Below, in pieces: positions 38,570-47,212 of a stretch of 64,000 nucleotides of DNA. Each line of letters starts with the position of its first letter. Position 1 is the stretch's first letter. Under the pieces are notes generated by a model, which did not search any database, was not told where the DNA came from, and was given only the letters and a program-made list of their open reading frames with translations. Origin of the DNA: Candidatus Thorarchaeota archaeon SMTZ1-45 (GTDB lineage Archaea; Asgardarchaeota; Thorarchaeia; Thorarchaeales; Thorarchaeaceae); the NCBI GenBank assembly GCA_001563335.1, contig LRSL01000069.1:1-64000 (forward strand). Direction: 5' to 3'. The position numbers were made by a program, and so were the translations under genes.

Positions 38570-39820
38570 TCACTTCCTGCTCTGGAGAATTTTAGACACA
38601 ACTGCTCGAGCTTGGGTCACGCTCTCAGGAACCTCTGCAGGGCCCAATGCTGTGCCACATGCATAGACATGATCACCTACAACAACTTCATTCTCTGAAG
38701 CTGGATCTGCGATTCCTACAAATCCACTTGCAGACCTTAATCCGAGTGTTTCGATAAGTTTGTTAGTACCATCTGGGGGCTCTAAGGCTGAGGAAAGGAC
38801 AAAGAGATCTACTTTGAATTTGAGGTACTTGTTCAGAAGTGAGTCATAGACTGTTATGTCTAAGGTGTCATCTTCATTAGACTGAATGAGAGAAACTCTA
38901 CCTCGAATAAATTCCACTCCTGAGTTTCGAGCGTCACGGTAGTATCGCTCATACCTGTCATATGTACGGATATCCATGTACACAACACTGACTCGAACAT
39001 CTTCTCGTTCTTGTGTTAGAATGTTAGCATGCTTGAGTGCAAATATGCAACATATCTTGGAGCAAAATGGATAGTAGTTCTCGTCCCTACTTCCGACACA
39101 CTGCACCATCATTACTTGTTTTGCGGGTTTCCCGTCAGATGGCTTTACGAGTGCGCCACTTGATTCTCCATTGGGGTCGATTATCTTAGCCAGTTCAAGC
39201 TGAGTTATTATGTTGGGATGTTTTCCATAGCTATACTCATCCACATTGACTGGTTGCATCTCATGATACCCAGTTGCAATGATAATATCAGAGATTTGGA
39301 CTGTTTCTTCAGTAGGTTGCGCATCCAAATTGATTGCCTTTGTCGGACAGTCCTCTTCAGCCTGTCTGGCACCATCATCTTCTCTTTCAGGGTTATAGAC
39401 AACAGCTTGTGGTTGACACTGTGGCGAGATTAGACGAAATGCCTTTGATTTTTCAATACAGAGTCCGCACATCGTGCATTTCTTTGGATTGACATATTCT
39501 GGACCAACATTGAGCTTTACTGTGAACTTACCTGGTGTGCCCGATATCTCATCCACTTCACTATTCATTCTCAGTGTTATGTTAGGTTGGTCCGTGAGCG
39601 CGCTCCTATAGAAACACTTTCGAATTCCCGGGCGCCAACGGTTTCCCTCAAAGCAATAGAAACAGTCATCAGTTGGAAACGCCTTGTAGAGGTCTAGAGC
39701 ATTACCACCTACGGTTTCCTGGCGTTCAATAAGGATCGTCTTAATTCCTGAGTCTGCAAGCTCAACAGCGGCTGTCAGTCCTGCAACGCCGGCTCCAATG
39801 ATGAGGACCGGATTAGACAC
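38570..39820 (-). CDS. hdrA: Short HdrA-like FAD subunit
   Basis: IGAGVAG, KAFPTDDC, CTMCGLC, QCVGSRD, CSKICCIFALK, YMDIR, IRGRV. Confidence 0.9.
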   Translation of the reverse strand: MSNPVLIIGAGVAGLTAAVELADSGIKTILIERQETVGGNALDLYKAFPTDDCFYCFEGNRWRPGIRKCFYRSALTDQPNITLRMNSEVDEISGTPGKFTVKLNVGPEYVNPKKCTMCGLCIEKSKAFRLISPQCQPQAVVYNPEREDDGARQAEEDCPTKAINLDAQPTEETVQISDIIIATGYHEMQPVNVDEYSYGKHPNIITQLELAKIIDPNGESSGALVKPSDGKPAKQVMMVQCVGSRDENYYPFCSKICCIFALKHANILTQEREDVRVSVVYMDIRTYDRYERYYRDARNSGVEFIRGRVSLIQSNEDDTLDITVYDSLLNKYLKFKVDLFVLSSALEPPDGTNKLIETLGLRSASGFVGIADPASENEVVVGDHVYACGTALGPAEVPESVTQARAVVSKILQSRK

Positions 39821-39831
39821 TCTTCTTCACC

Positions 39832-40698
39832 TCATCCGGTTAAATGATCCAAAATTGGGTCTGCGGGAACCCTGTTCATGCTAAGCCCAACTTCTTCTTC
39901 ATCCATCCCCAATGCTAAACCAAGTATTTGAGGATAAAGAAGTACTGGCAGGTTGTATTCTTCTCCATATGATTCTTTCAAACCAAGCTGTTGCAAATCT
40001 AATTGGTTTCCACATGCAGGACAGACCACAGTAATGAATTCTGCTCCAGACTCTTTCATTGACTTTAACTTATCACGGGCCAATCTAATCCCAAGGTTTT
40101 CATCGACAGGAAGAACAGTTGCACCACAGCATTGTTTCCAAATTGGATACTCTACAACTGAAGCTCCGGTAACCTGAATTAATTCGTCTAGATACTCTGG
40201 TCTGAACTCGGTCACATCGGCAGGACGAAGAACATGACAGCCATAGTGAATTGCAATTCCTACACCGTCTAGTGGCTTCGTGATTTTCTTCCGAATTTCT
40301 TCAATTCCGATGTCATTGTATAGTGCTTCTACAAAATGTCGAGGGGTGATTGTGCCTTTGAATTCGAGACCATCCTTCTTCAGTAAGGCATTGACTTTCT
40401 TTCTATAGTCATCGTCATGCTTGAGAAAATGGTGTGTGTCCTTGAGAGATCCAAAGCATCCATTACACGGCGTGACGATATCATAGCCATTCTTTTCTGC
40501 AATTGCTAAGGTTCTTGCATTTACTATGAGCCATCCCATGTAGTCAATGGCACGAAGATTAGGGCTTCCGCAGCAGGCGACTCCTTCCATGTACTCTAGT
40601 TGCATGTCAAAAGCTGTAGCAACTTTGATCATAGCAGCCTCGTAATTTGGATAGTTTGCAGGCACACTACAGCCCATATATAGATTGTAAATTGGCAT
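39832..40698 (-). CDS. hdrB: Heterodisulfide reductase subunit B-like
   Basis: Two CCG domains (GC..CCG..PCNGC; HYGCH..CCG..CPAC..QLD). Confidence 0.93.
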   Translation of the reverse strand: MPIYNLYMGCSVPANYPNYEAAMIKVATAFDMQLEYMEGVACCGSPNLRAIDYMGWLIVNARTLAIAEKNGYDIVTPCNGCFGSLKDTHHFLKHDDDYRKKVNALLKKDGLEFKGTITPRHFVEALYNDIGIEEIRKKITKPLDGVGIAIHYGCHVLRPADVTEFRPEYLDELIQVTGASVVEYPIWKQCCGATVLPVDENLGIRLARDKLKSMKESGAEFITVVCPACGNQLDLQQLGLKESYGEEYNLPVLLYPQILGLALGMDEEEVGLSMNRVPADPILDHLTG

Positions 40699-40699
40699 C

Positions 40700-41242
40700 C
40701 TACTTATCACCACTCACAAGCTTGCCCGTTCTGGTTTCTTTCAGGATATTCTTAACAGGATCAACTGCTAGACCAGGCACTTCAGGTTCTAGATCCATGT
40801 CTTCTCGCTCCCAATCAGCTGTAACAATATAGAGCTGACCTTTCTCAAGTAGTTCTTTACCTAGACCTATGATATTCTGGGGCACCTTACCTTCTTCGGC
40901 AGCTAAATTCTTGCAGTCAAAGAAAATGTCTGTGACTCGCACTTTCTGAGGACAACGCTCTTGGCATTGAAAACATGTCAAACAGAGCCAAATCTCATCA
41001 GAAGAGAGAACGTCATCACGCATTCCTAGAAGTATCATTCGAATCAGTTGATGCGGTTTATATTTCCAGATATTTGCAATGGGACATGCAGCAGTGCATG
41101 TAGAACAAGCAAAACAAGCAGAAAGTTCTTCCCCGTTTGGCATACTATGAATCTCTTCGCGAAACTTGGTATCTAGTTTTGACATTTCAATCGGGTCAAT
41201 CAATGTGACTGGGGGTCCAGTCGATTCTTTCGTTTCAGCCAT
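40700..41242 (-). CDS. hdrC: Heterodisulfide reductase subunit C-like
   Basis: CFACSTCTAACP and WLCLTCFQCQERCPQ. Confidence 0.93.
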   Translation of the reverse strand: MAETKESTGPPVTLIDPIEMSKLDTKFREEIHSMPNGEELSACFACSTCTAACPIANIWKYKPHQLIRMILLGMRDDVLSSDEIWLCLTCFQCQERCPQKVRVTDIFFDCKNLAAEEGKVPQNIIGLGKELLEKGQLYIVTADWEREDMDLEPEVPGLAVDPVKNILKETRTGKLVSGDK

Positions 41243-41370
41243 GGGTAAGCACCACATGTATGTTGTATATTTAGGCTATTCAGCCAGTTGGCTGAGCGAT
41301 TTTGTAGCCCATATTAAAAGTTTGCAGAAACGACGAATAATTGAATAAACTGTAATTGGACTTTCGATAA

Positions 41371-41634
41371 TCAATCTGGAAGTCCCTTCAGATATATCAG
41401 GCGAAGCATACCCAATGTGCACAGGACTACTACAGATACATACAAAATAGGAGCAAGAATGCCCCAAGATGATGAGGGGTAAGTCAGTCCGCCCACTATT
41501 GCAAGTGCAATACATACTAAACCAGCAAGATTGAAGATCCATTTCCTGTGTAATGACATGAATTTAGCAGTCCCCAATGGACTCTTAGGACTTTCTATAC
41601 TATAGCGCTTGGACCATCTCATTAATTCTTTCAA
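41371..41634 (-). CDS. Small 2-TM membrane protein
   Basis: Two hydrophobic segments; start uncertain. Confidence 0.45.
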   Translation of the reverse strand: MKELMRWSKRYSIESPKSPLGTAKFMSLHRKWIFNLAGLVCIALAIVGGLTYPSSSWGILAPILYVSVVVLCTLGMLRLIYLKGLPD

Positions 41635-41887
41635 CTCGTACTCTCAAGTCATCATATGGATTTAACGAAATTTGGCGTATTTCCGTACTTGTTCTGATTA
41701 GGTATGCCTTGAGATCCTCCACGTTGCCCTTCATTTTAGTGAGGATTGGACTCCCTTCACCTAGTAATCTAAGGGTGTTAGTAAGTGCTATCTGGAATTT
41801 ATCATGTTCAATGGTAATTCTATCACGAGCTTCATTGATGAAACCAATTAGAGAAGCAATTTCAGTAATTAAGTCCTCTTTCTTCAT
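41600..41887 (-). CDS. Small helical hypothetical protein coupled to GINS
   Basis: ATGA overlap with the GINS stop; amphipathic helices. Confidence 0.7.
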   Translation of the reverse strand: MKKEDLITEIASLIGFINEARDRITIEHDKFQIALTNTLRLLGEGSPILTKMKGNVEDLKAYLIRTSTEIRQISLNPYDDLRVRVERINEMVQAL

Positions 41888-42501
41888 CCAGAGAGTTCCT
41901 CCTCAGTGACAATACGGACAACCGTGCCATCCCGTAACCAATTCCTTGCATTGGCTACAGGAATCATAGCAATATCTTCCTTCTTGAATGGACCATATGT
42001 CTTCTCATCCAGCCCTAAGAAAGCATCATCAATTGGTTGTAGAAATCGTACTGTAACATATTCAACTGTTTCAGGGGAGGCGGTCTTGGATTTTTTCACA
42101 TCATCTTTGGTCTTCTTCTTCTTCTTAGGTTGAGATCCAGCTAGGGAATCCTTGACGAACTCCATGTGACCATCAAGAGCTCGTTGAGTCCTATTGAATA
42201 ATTCTTCCTCTGCGAGTGTCATATCCCCTTTTGGTCTGTATCCCAGCAGTACAGCTTTTAGTATCTTCTGTCTTCGGATGGTTAGGAGGTCTTCAATTAT
42301 GAATTCAAGATTAAGGGCTTCTTGAGTCAATATATCAGCTTGGATCCGTTTTTCGGCATCTGTTGATGCCAATGCTAAACGTACGTTAGAGAGATAATCT
42401 ATCATCTTGCTTAATCGAAGGTCGCTCAAGTCTTGGAGACCGTCATTCCGTACTTCATTCTCCCACGTAGTTTTGATATCATCATAACTTAGTTCACTCA
42501 A
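41884..42501 (-). CDS. GINS complex subunit (Gins51/Gins15-type)
   Basis: W.NE...LQ.L A-domain, RRQKI...MT..E, C-terminal B-domain VRFL...F.G.D...YGPFKKEDIA.IP..NA; follows priS. Confidence 0.88.
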   Translation of the reverse strand: MSELSYDDIKTTWENEVRNDGLQDLSDLRLSKMIDYLSNVRLALASTDAEKRIQADILTQEALNLEFIIEDLLTIRRQKILKAVLLGYRPKGDMTLAEEELFNRTQRALDGHMEFVKDSLAGSQPKKKKKTKDDVKKSKTASPETVEYVTVRFLQPIDDAFLGLDEKTYGPFKKEDIAMIPVANARNWLRDGTVVRIVTEEELSG

Positions 42502-43882
42502 TGATAGCAACTCCTTTGCATAGAACAAATGCTGCTGCTGGTGTTGGTAACTCTACTGACTCTCCGTGATATGGACCATATGTTTCATCACCGATTCTAA
42601 AACGAGGAACTCCCGAAGATTTTTGAAGGAACTTGATTTTCATTTGTCCATCATTAAAAGCAATTGCATCCCGGAAAGGATCAAAGTCATCTAGCTCATC
42701 TCTATTCAGCTGGCTGACGAGGAATCCAGTCTTTCCATTCAGACTCCCAATGAGACGAATAACTCTGTGAATATCATGGGTCACGGGACGGTCTATTTCG
42801 CCACCATATAGCTCTGCTGCTTTCTCTGCGATTTCCTGCCAGGACTTCAGTCCAATGTCTTTTGCCTCTGGGTTTAAAATCGGGGGGTTTCTAAGAAGTC
42901 CATCAAGAGCTGCAACCTTTCCTTTTCTAAGTGATTTGACCCACCTCTCAGTTCCATTGTATGAGTCTATGTTTCGCACAAACTCTACTATGGCGTCTGC
43001 TATCTTCCCAGCCCATCCTGGAAAATCACGATCTGGTACTCGATTCACTCGACCTTGAGTGACGATTACTTTCTCTGTGTTAAGACCAAGACCCATTATA
43101 TAGTGCACAATCTGGATGCGGCTATTTGAATCAAGTGAGTAGACACGAGGATCACGAACACGAACATGATAGCCTCTATGACCGCTATAATTGAGTTGGA
43201 CTAATTCAGGGTCAAATCCGAAATCATTTACAATAAATTTGTCATAGAGCTTCACGGTATATTTTTTCGCTTCACCCAGACAGTTCTCACATATCCACTT
43301 TCTTGTACTGAAGCTCTTACCACCGCAGTCTGGACAATTTTCAGGATGAATACCAGTTCCGGTTTTATGACATTCCTTTTCGTTGCAGCGCCATGCATCG
43401 TGGTCCTTTGCACATGACAAATCTAAATGATCTGCATCAATATCAAATACAAGTTCAGCCCCAAACCATTCTTTCTCATCCATATGGCGTGCCACTGGTA
43501 TCTTATAGAACGCAGCTGAATGATAGACGCTGTGTGGAGCCACGGATGTTAAATCTCGTATCAGTTCATCACGATTCAAATATCCAACGTGACGCCTCCA
43601 TGTTGTTGTCTGGATTTCATCAGATCCACAATTTGGGCATTTTTTGATATTTGATAATGATGTCCCTGATTGTCCACACCCAGTTGTTATGTCATGACCA
43701 GACTCATCGCGACTTTTTCTCACAGGACAAAACCAATTATATTCCCAGCTCTGGATACCAAATTCTCTATTATGTATCTTATCTGGAACATCAATAGAGT
43801 TAGGGTTGGATTTATAGTATTCATGGAACATGAATCGCAGTTTCAAAACAGTGCTTGTGAAACCTTGATTCTGATTTGGCAT
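42494..43882 (-). CDS. priS: DNA primase catalytic subunit PriS with extra Zn-ribbon insertions
   Basis: REFG, ELVFDIDAD, YSGHRGYH, ID..VT.DIHR.IRL.GSLNGKTG. Confidence 0.95.
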   Translation of the reverse strand: MPNQNQGFTSTVLKLRFMFHEYYKSNPNSIDVPDKIHNREFGIQSWEYNWFCPVRKSRDESGHDITTGCGQSGTSLSNIKKCPNCGSDEIQTTTWRRHVGYLNRDELIRDLTSVAPHSVYHSAAFYKIPVARHMDEKEWFGAELVFDIDADHLDLSCAKDHDAWRCNEKECHKTGTGIHPENCPDCGGKSFSTRKWICENCLGEAKKYTVKLYDKFIVNDFGFDPELVQLNYSGHRGYHVRVRDPRVYSLDSNSRIQIVHYIMGLGLNTEKVIVTQGRVNRVPDRDFPGWAGKIADAIVEFVRNIDSYNGTERWVKSLRKGKVAALDGLLRNPPILNPEAKDIGLKSWQEIAEKAAELYGGEIDRPVTHDIHRVIRLIGSLNGKTGFLVSQLNRDELDDFDPFRDAIAFNDGQMKIKFLQKSSGVPRFRIGDETYGPYHGESVELPTPAAAFVLCKGVAIIE

Positions 43883-43933
43883 GCACTAGAACTCCATCAA
43901 TTGGAACTGATATGTTCGGAATTTCTTGTCCTC

Positions 43934-44689
43934 TCATCTACGTTCTACACGTGGTGCAAGAACGAAGCTTATACTTCCAGCCTCTGCTATTGGAAATTCC
44001 AACATCATTGGCTTATTGGAGGTGAATTGAAGCATTAGGCTGTCACTAGCAATCGCTTTTGAAATCTCCGCCAAGTAATTCAGAGCATACATCGCTATAG
44101 ATTTGCCTGATACTTCTAGTTGGAAAAGTGCTGGCGCATCACCTTTTGTTGTCAATGCAACATTGGCTTCACCGGTATCACCCTCACCAGCGAAGGTGAG
44201 TTGTTCTGGTTCTGCACTAATCTTCACATGACTGGATACAACTCCAATATCTTTGATTGCTTGTTTGAAGGTATCAGCCAACAGTTCTGCTTTTACATCG
44301 AATTGAATTCCAGGTTTCTTTGTCTGATCATCTGGTGGGGTTAAGAGTTGAAGTTTAAACACTCTACTCGCTTGTCCGACCATTCTAATCTCAAACCGGT
44401 TTTCAGACTCATCAAGATTAAATTCAAGATGCTCATCTCCAGCCATCCGCTTACTCACCTTGGCGAGTTCATCAATACCTAGGCAAATGTCATGTTCTCC
44501 TTTACATGAGTACTCCTGAAAAATCCCAGATGGAAGTGTCAAATCAACCATTGCAGCTTTTGATGAGTCAAGCTGTCTTAGCGATATTCCAGATTCAGAC
44601 ACACGGAAATGTGCCTCTGTGAGTAGAGTTGCAAGAGCATCTACAATCTGTTTCCATGTTTTTGTGCTGTCGAGAGTTGCGTGAAACAT
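43934..44689 (-). CDS. pcn: PCNA sliding clamp, paralog 2
   Basis: PCNA fold motifs (LDSSKAAMVDL, YALNYL, LAPR). Confidence 0.95.
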   Translation of the reverse strand: MFHATLDSTKTWKQIVDALATLLTEAHFRVSESGISLRQLDSSKAAMVDLTLPSGIFQEYSCKGEHDICLGIDELAKVSKRMAGDEHLEFNLDESENRFEIRMVGQASRVFKLQLLTPPDDQTKKPGIQFDVKAELLADTFKQAIKDIGVVSSHVKISAEPEQLTFAGEGDTGEANVALTTKGDAPALFQLEVSGKSIAMYALNYLAEISKAIASDSLMLQFTSNKPMMLEFPIAEAGSISFVLAPRVERR

Positions 44690-44717
44690 GCCAATATCTC
44701 CAACTGTCTGTCAATAC

Positions 44718-44773
44718 GCGAACTGACATATAAAACCCATATGATGTAGTATCATATGAGCAGTCAGTTACGC
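44718..44773. promoter_or_regulatory. Internal promoter of pcn paralog 2 embedded in an inverted repeat
   Basis: Minus-strand TTTTATAT at 44728-44735; CATATGAT-N5-ATCATATG (44738-44758) nested in AACTGAC/GTCAGTT. Confidence 0.55.
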
Positions 44774-44870
44774 TAATTATCTTTGAACTAGATTCTGAAA
44801 ATTGATTTCCCATTTAAAATGTACTTCTCGGTGGATTTTGTATTCTTTTTATAGGCAAAAAGACGAATTA

Positions 44871-45623
44871 CTATCGTCGCTCTACTCGTGGGGCTAAAAG
44901 GAACTTGATTATTCCACCTTCTGCAATAGGAAATTCAAGCATCACCGGTTTATTCCCAGTCATCCTGAGCGTTAGGTTGTCACTTGAGATTGCCTTAGCG
45001 ATTTCTGAAAGATAACTGAGGGCATACATCGCAGTAGCTTCTTGTTTCACCTCTAAATCATAGAGAAGTGAATCATCCCCAAGTTTCAATGAGACTTCAG
45101 CTTCGCCGACATCACCTATTCCCCCAAAGCCAAGTGATTCTTTTGTTGCTGTAATTTTCAGATGGTTAGAAACAACACCTATATCTTTTACAGCCTGTTT
45201 GAAGGCGTCAGAGAATAATTCGGCTCGTATCTCAAATGATGGAGTTATCTTTTGGGTCTTCTCTTCTGGCGGGGTAAGTAGTTGGATTTTGAATGTTCGT
45301 TCAGCCAGACCTATCATCCTGATCTCAAAACGATTCTGAGATTTGTCTAGGGTAAATTCAAGTCTATCATCACCAGCAATTCTTTTACTTACTTTAGCGA
45401 GCTCATCTAATCCTATGCTAACTTCATTCTCGCCTTTACAATTATACTCTTGAAATATATTTGAAGGGAGAAATAGGTCGACCATAGCAGCCCTTGAGGA
45501 GTCATATTGAATTAGGAAGATTCCATCTTTTTTTATCAGGAAGTTGGCTTCTGTGAGTAATGTGGCAAGGGCATCTACAATTTGCTTCCATGTCTTACTA
45601 CTGTCAAGAGTCGCATGAAACAT
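44871..45623 (-). CDS. pcn: PCNA sliding clamp, paralog 1
   Basis: DSSRAAMVDL, YALSYL, LAPRVERR. Confidence 0.95.
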   Translation of the reverse strand: MFHATLDSSKTWKQIVDALATLLTEANFLIKKDGIFLIQYDSSRAAMVDLFLPSNIFQEYNCKGENEVSIGLDELAKVSKRIAGDDRLEFTLDKSQNRFEIRMIGLAERTFKIQLLTPPEEKTQKITPSFEIRAELFSDAFKQAVKDIGVVSNHLKITATKESLGFGGIGDVGEAEVSLKLGDDSLLYDLEVKQEATAMYALSYLSEIAKAISSDNLTLRMTGNKPVMLEFPIAEGGIIKFLLAPRVERR

Positions 45624-45636
45624 CTTATTCCATCCT

Positions 45637-46011
45637 TCATTCACTCATTGTTCTAGTTACCTTTCCTTCCATATCTTGGATTTCCTTATAGAGTGCTATA
45701 TCTAGTGTGTCAATATCATGTGCGATTGAGGCATTCAATCTGAGTTCTTTTCCACCATCAGTTGTTTTCTCAGTCACTTCTCCTATGAACATGTATTTCT
45801 TACTTAGCTCCAATGATCCTTCGACGCCCACTTGGATTTTCCCTGCGTTCTTCACGTCTTCATCGTAGATGTCTTGGACCACTGCAAGGCCTGGACTTGC
45901 ATCAACAACTATTCCCATTATTCTAACAGGACCATTAGTATCTTTAGACAATTTTCGAATCGTAGTGAGTTTTGATGGTCTTCGACGTGGGAAGCTCTTC
46001 TCTTCAATCAT
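45637..46011 (-). CDS. Small OB-fold protein resembling RPA3/RPA14
   Basis: RRRPS..I..L....VRIMG.V...IG.V...A.I..D...D..LY.EI..E pattern recalled from Thermococcales RPA14. Confidence 0.65.
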   Translation of the reverse strand: MIEEKSFPRRRPSKLTTIRKLSKDTNGPVRIMGIVVDASPGLAVVQDIYDEDVKNAGKIQVGVEGSLELSKKYMFIGEVTEKTTDGGKELRLNASIAHDIDTLDIALYKEIQDMEGKVTRTMSE

Positions 46012-46092
46012 TTTAATAGCACCATTCAGCTTAGTAGGAAGACTTGGGCAACAGGTCACTTAAGCTGTTGCATCTTGAGGGCTATAAATTTG

Positions 46093-46416
46093 TCAGTACC
46101 TACGCCAAGTGTGTTTACACTCCGTGCATCTATAGAATTCTGTTGCGCCTTCATCACCTCGTCGTGTCTGGAGTATCCAATAATAAGCATCATTATTCCC
46201 ACATTTGGGACAGGTTTCCTTTGTCACAGGCATTGGGATAGAGTCATCATCTATAACGATTATCTTGTCACGAGGCGTTTTCTCGAGATTTTGAGAAACT
46301 GTGAGCTTTCCTTTGATACCCTTGGTGTGTCCACAACTTCTGCATTTTAGGACTCTATTACCTTCATCATCTGTAGTTGGTATCATCATTGCTCCGCATT
46401 TATCACAGAATTCCAT
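46093..46416 (-). CDS. tfs: Transcription factor S
   Basis: MEFCDKCG...CRSCG and CPKCG...QTRRGDEGAT.FYRC..C. Confidence 0.96.
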   Translation of the reverse strand: MEFCDKCGAMMIPTTDDEGNRVLKCRSCGHTKGIKGKLTVSQNLEKTPRDKIIVIDDDSIPMPVTKETCPKCGNNDAYYWILQTRRGDEGATEFYRCTECKHTWRRY

Positions 46417-46484
46417 GAAACATTCACTTCTCGGCTGCAGCGTTTAAATATCAATTAAGCATTACGACCATGAACACTTCGAGA

Positions 46485-46895
46485 TTAAGGTAATGAGTGG
46501 GTGTGTTGTTCTAGGAATTGTTGGAATGAGAGTGCGGCAATCTCGCCCTCTTTCTTTCTACTGGTCTTGGAATCTATGTGAAGCGTTTGAATAAGAGCAT
46601 CAACAGTTCCTTGTACAGTAATATTGCCTCTCATCCACAGGTATGCTATTATTGCCTCGTAAGCATCAGCCGCCTTTCCAACATCAGTTCTATGGGTCAT
46701 ATGTCTGTAGATTTCTGTTGCACGTATTGCACGAGCAAGTATACTATCCTGGACCTTATCACCAGTAGCATGACCAAGCACTTTAGATTTCGCTAAAGAA
46801 TAACAAAGATTGACAATGCCATCACCCACTTTTGCAAGTCCTTTATCATTCATGATTTCTTCAACAGATTCATGCTGGACAAAGGCTTCCCACAT
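46485..46895 (-). CDS. Archaeal ribonuclease III-related protein
   Basis: LAKVGDGIVNL.YS...ADAYEAIIAY. Confidence 0.85.
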   Translation of the reverse strand: MWEAFVQHESVEEIMNDKGLAKVGDGIVNLCYSLAKSKVLGHATGDKVQDSILARAIRATEIYRHMTHRTDVGKAADAYEAIIAYLWMRGNITVQGTVDALIQTLHIDSKTSRKKEGEIAALSFQQFLEQHTHSLP

Positions 46896-46919
46896 GCAAG
46901 GAGTCGCTCCAAGAATTTT

Positions 46920-47210
46920 TCAGTCAATATTATGATCTGAAACCGCTTGTTTGAATTTCTTGCGGAACTCTTCAGTTCTAGCAAGCATCTTCTCAAGAGC
47001 CTCTCTAAGGATAACATTTGACTGACGTTTCTTAGTCCGTAACGTTAGAATTGGGCTAGCAAGTAGTGGATGTTCGATGTTGTAACCAGCAAACTCCACT
47101 GAAGGTTCTTCCAATAGGGTCTTACGAAGTAGATTTGGGAATGAATGTCCCTCTCCACCAATCTCAAATTTGATTTCGAATTTTGAATATTCAATAGTTC
47201 TTGGCTTCAT
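46920..47210 (-). CDS. rpoL: RNA polymerase subunit L (Rpo11)
   Basis: GEGHSFPNLLR...VEFAGYNIEHPL. Confidence 0.95.
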   Translation of the reverse strand: MKPRTIEYSKFEIKFEIGGEGHSFPNLLRKTLLEEPSVEFAGYNIEHPLLASPILTLRTKKRQSNVILREALEKMLARTEEFRKKFKQAVSDHNID

Positions 47211-47212
47211 AT

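Noticed and set aside
36395-41242. Selenocysteine read-through in the Hdr genes
   Set aside because: All ORFs are complete, with Cys codons at the relevant motifs and no in-frame TGA.
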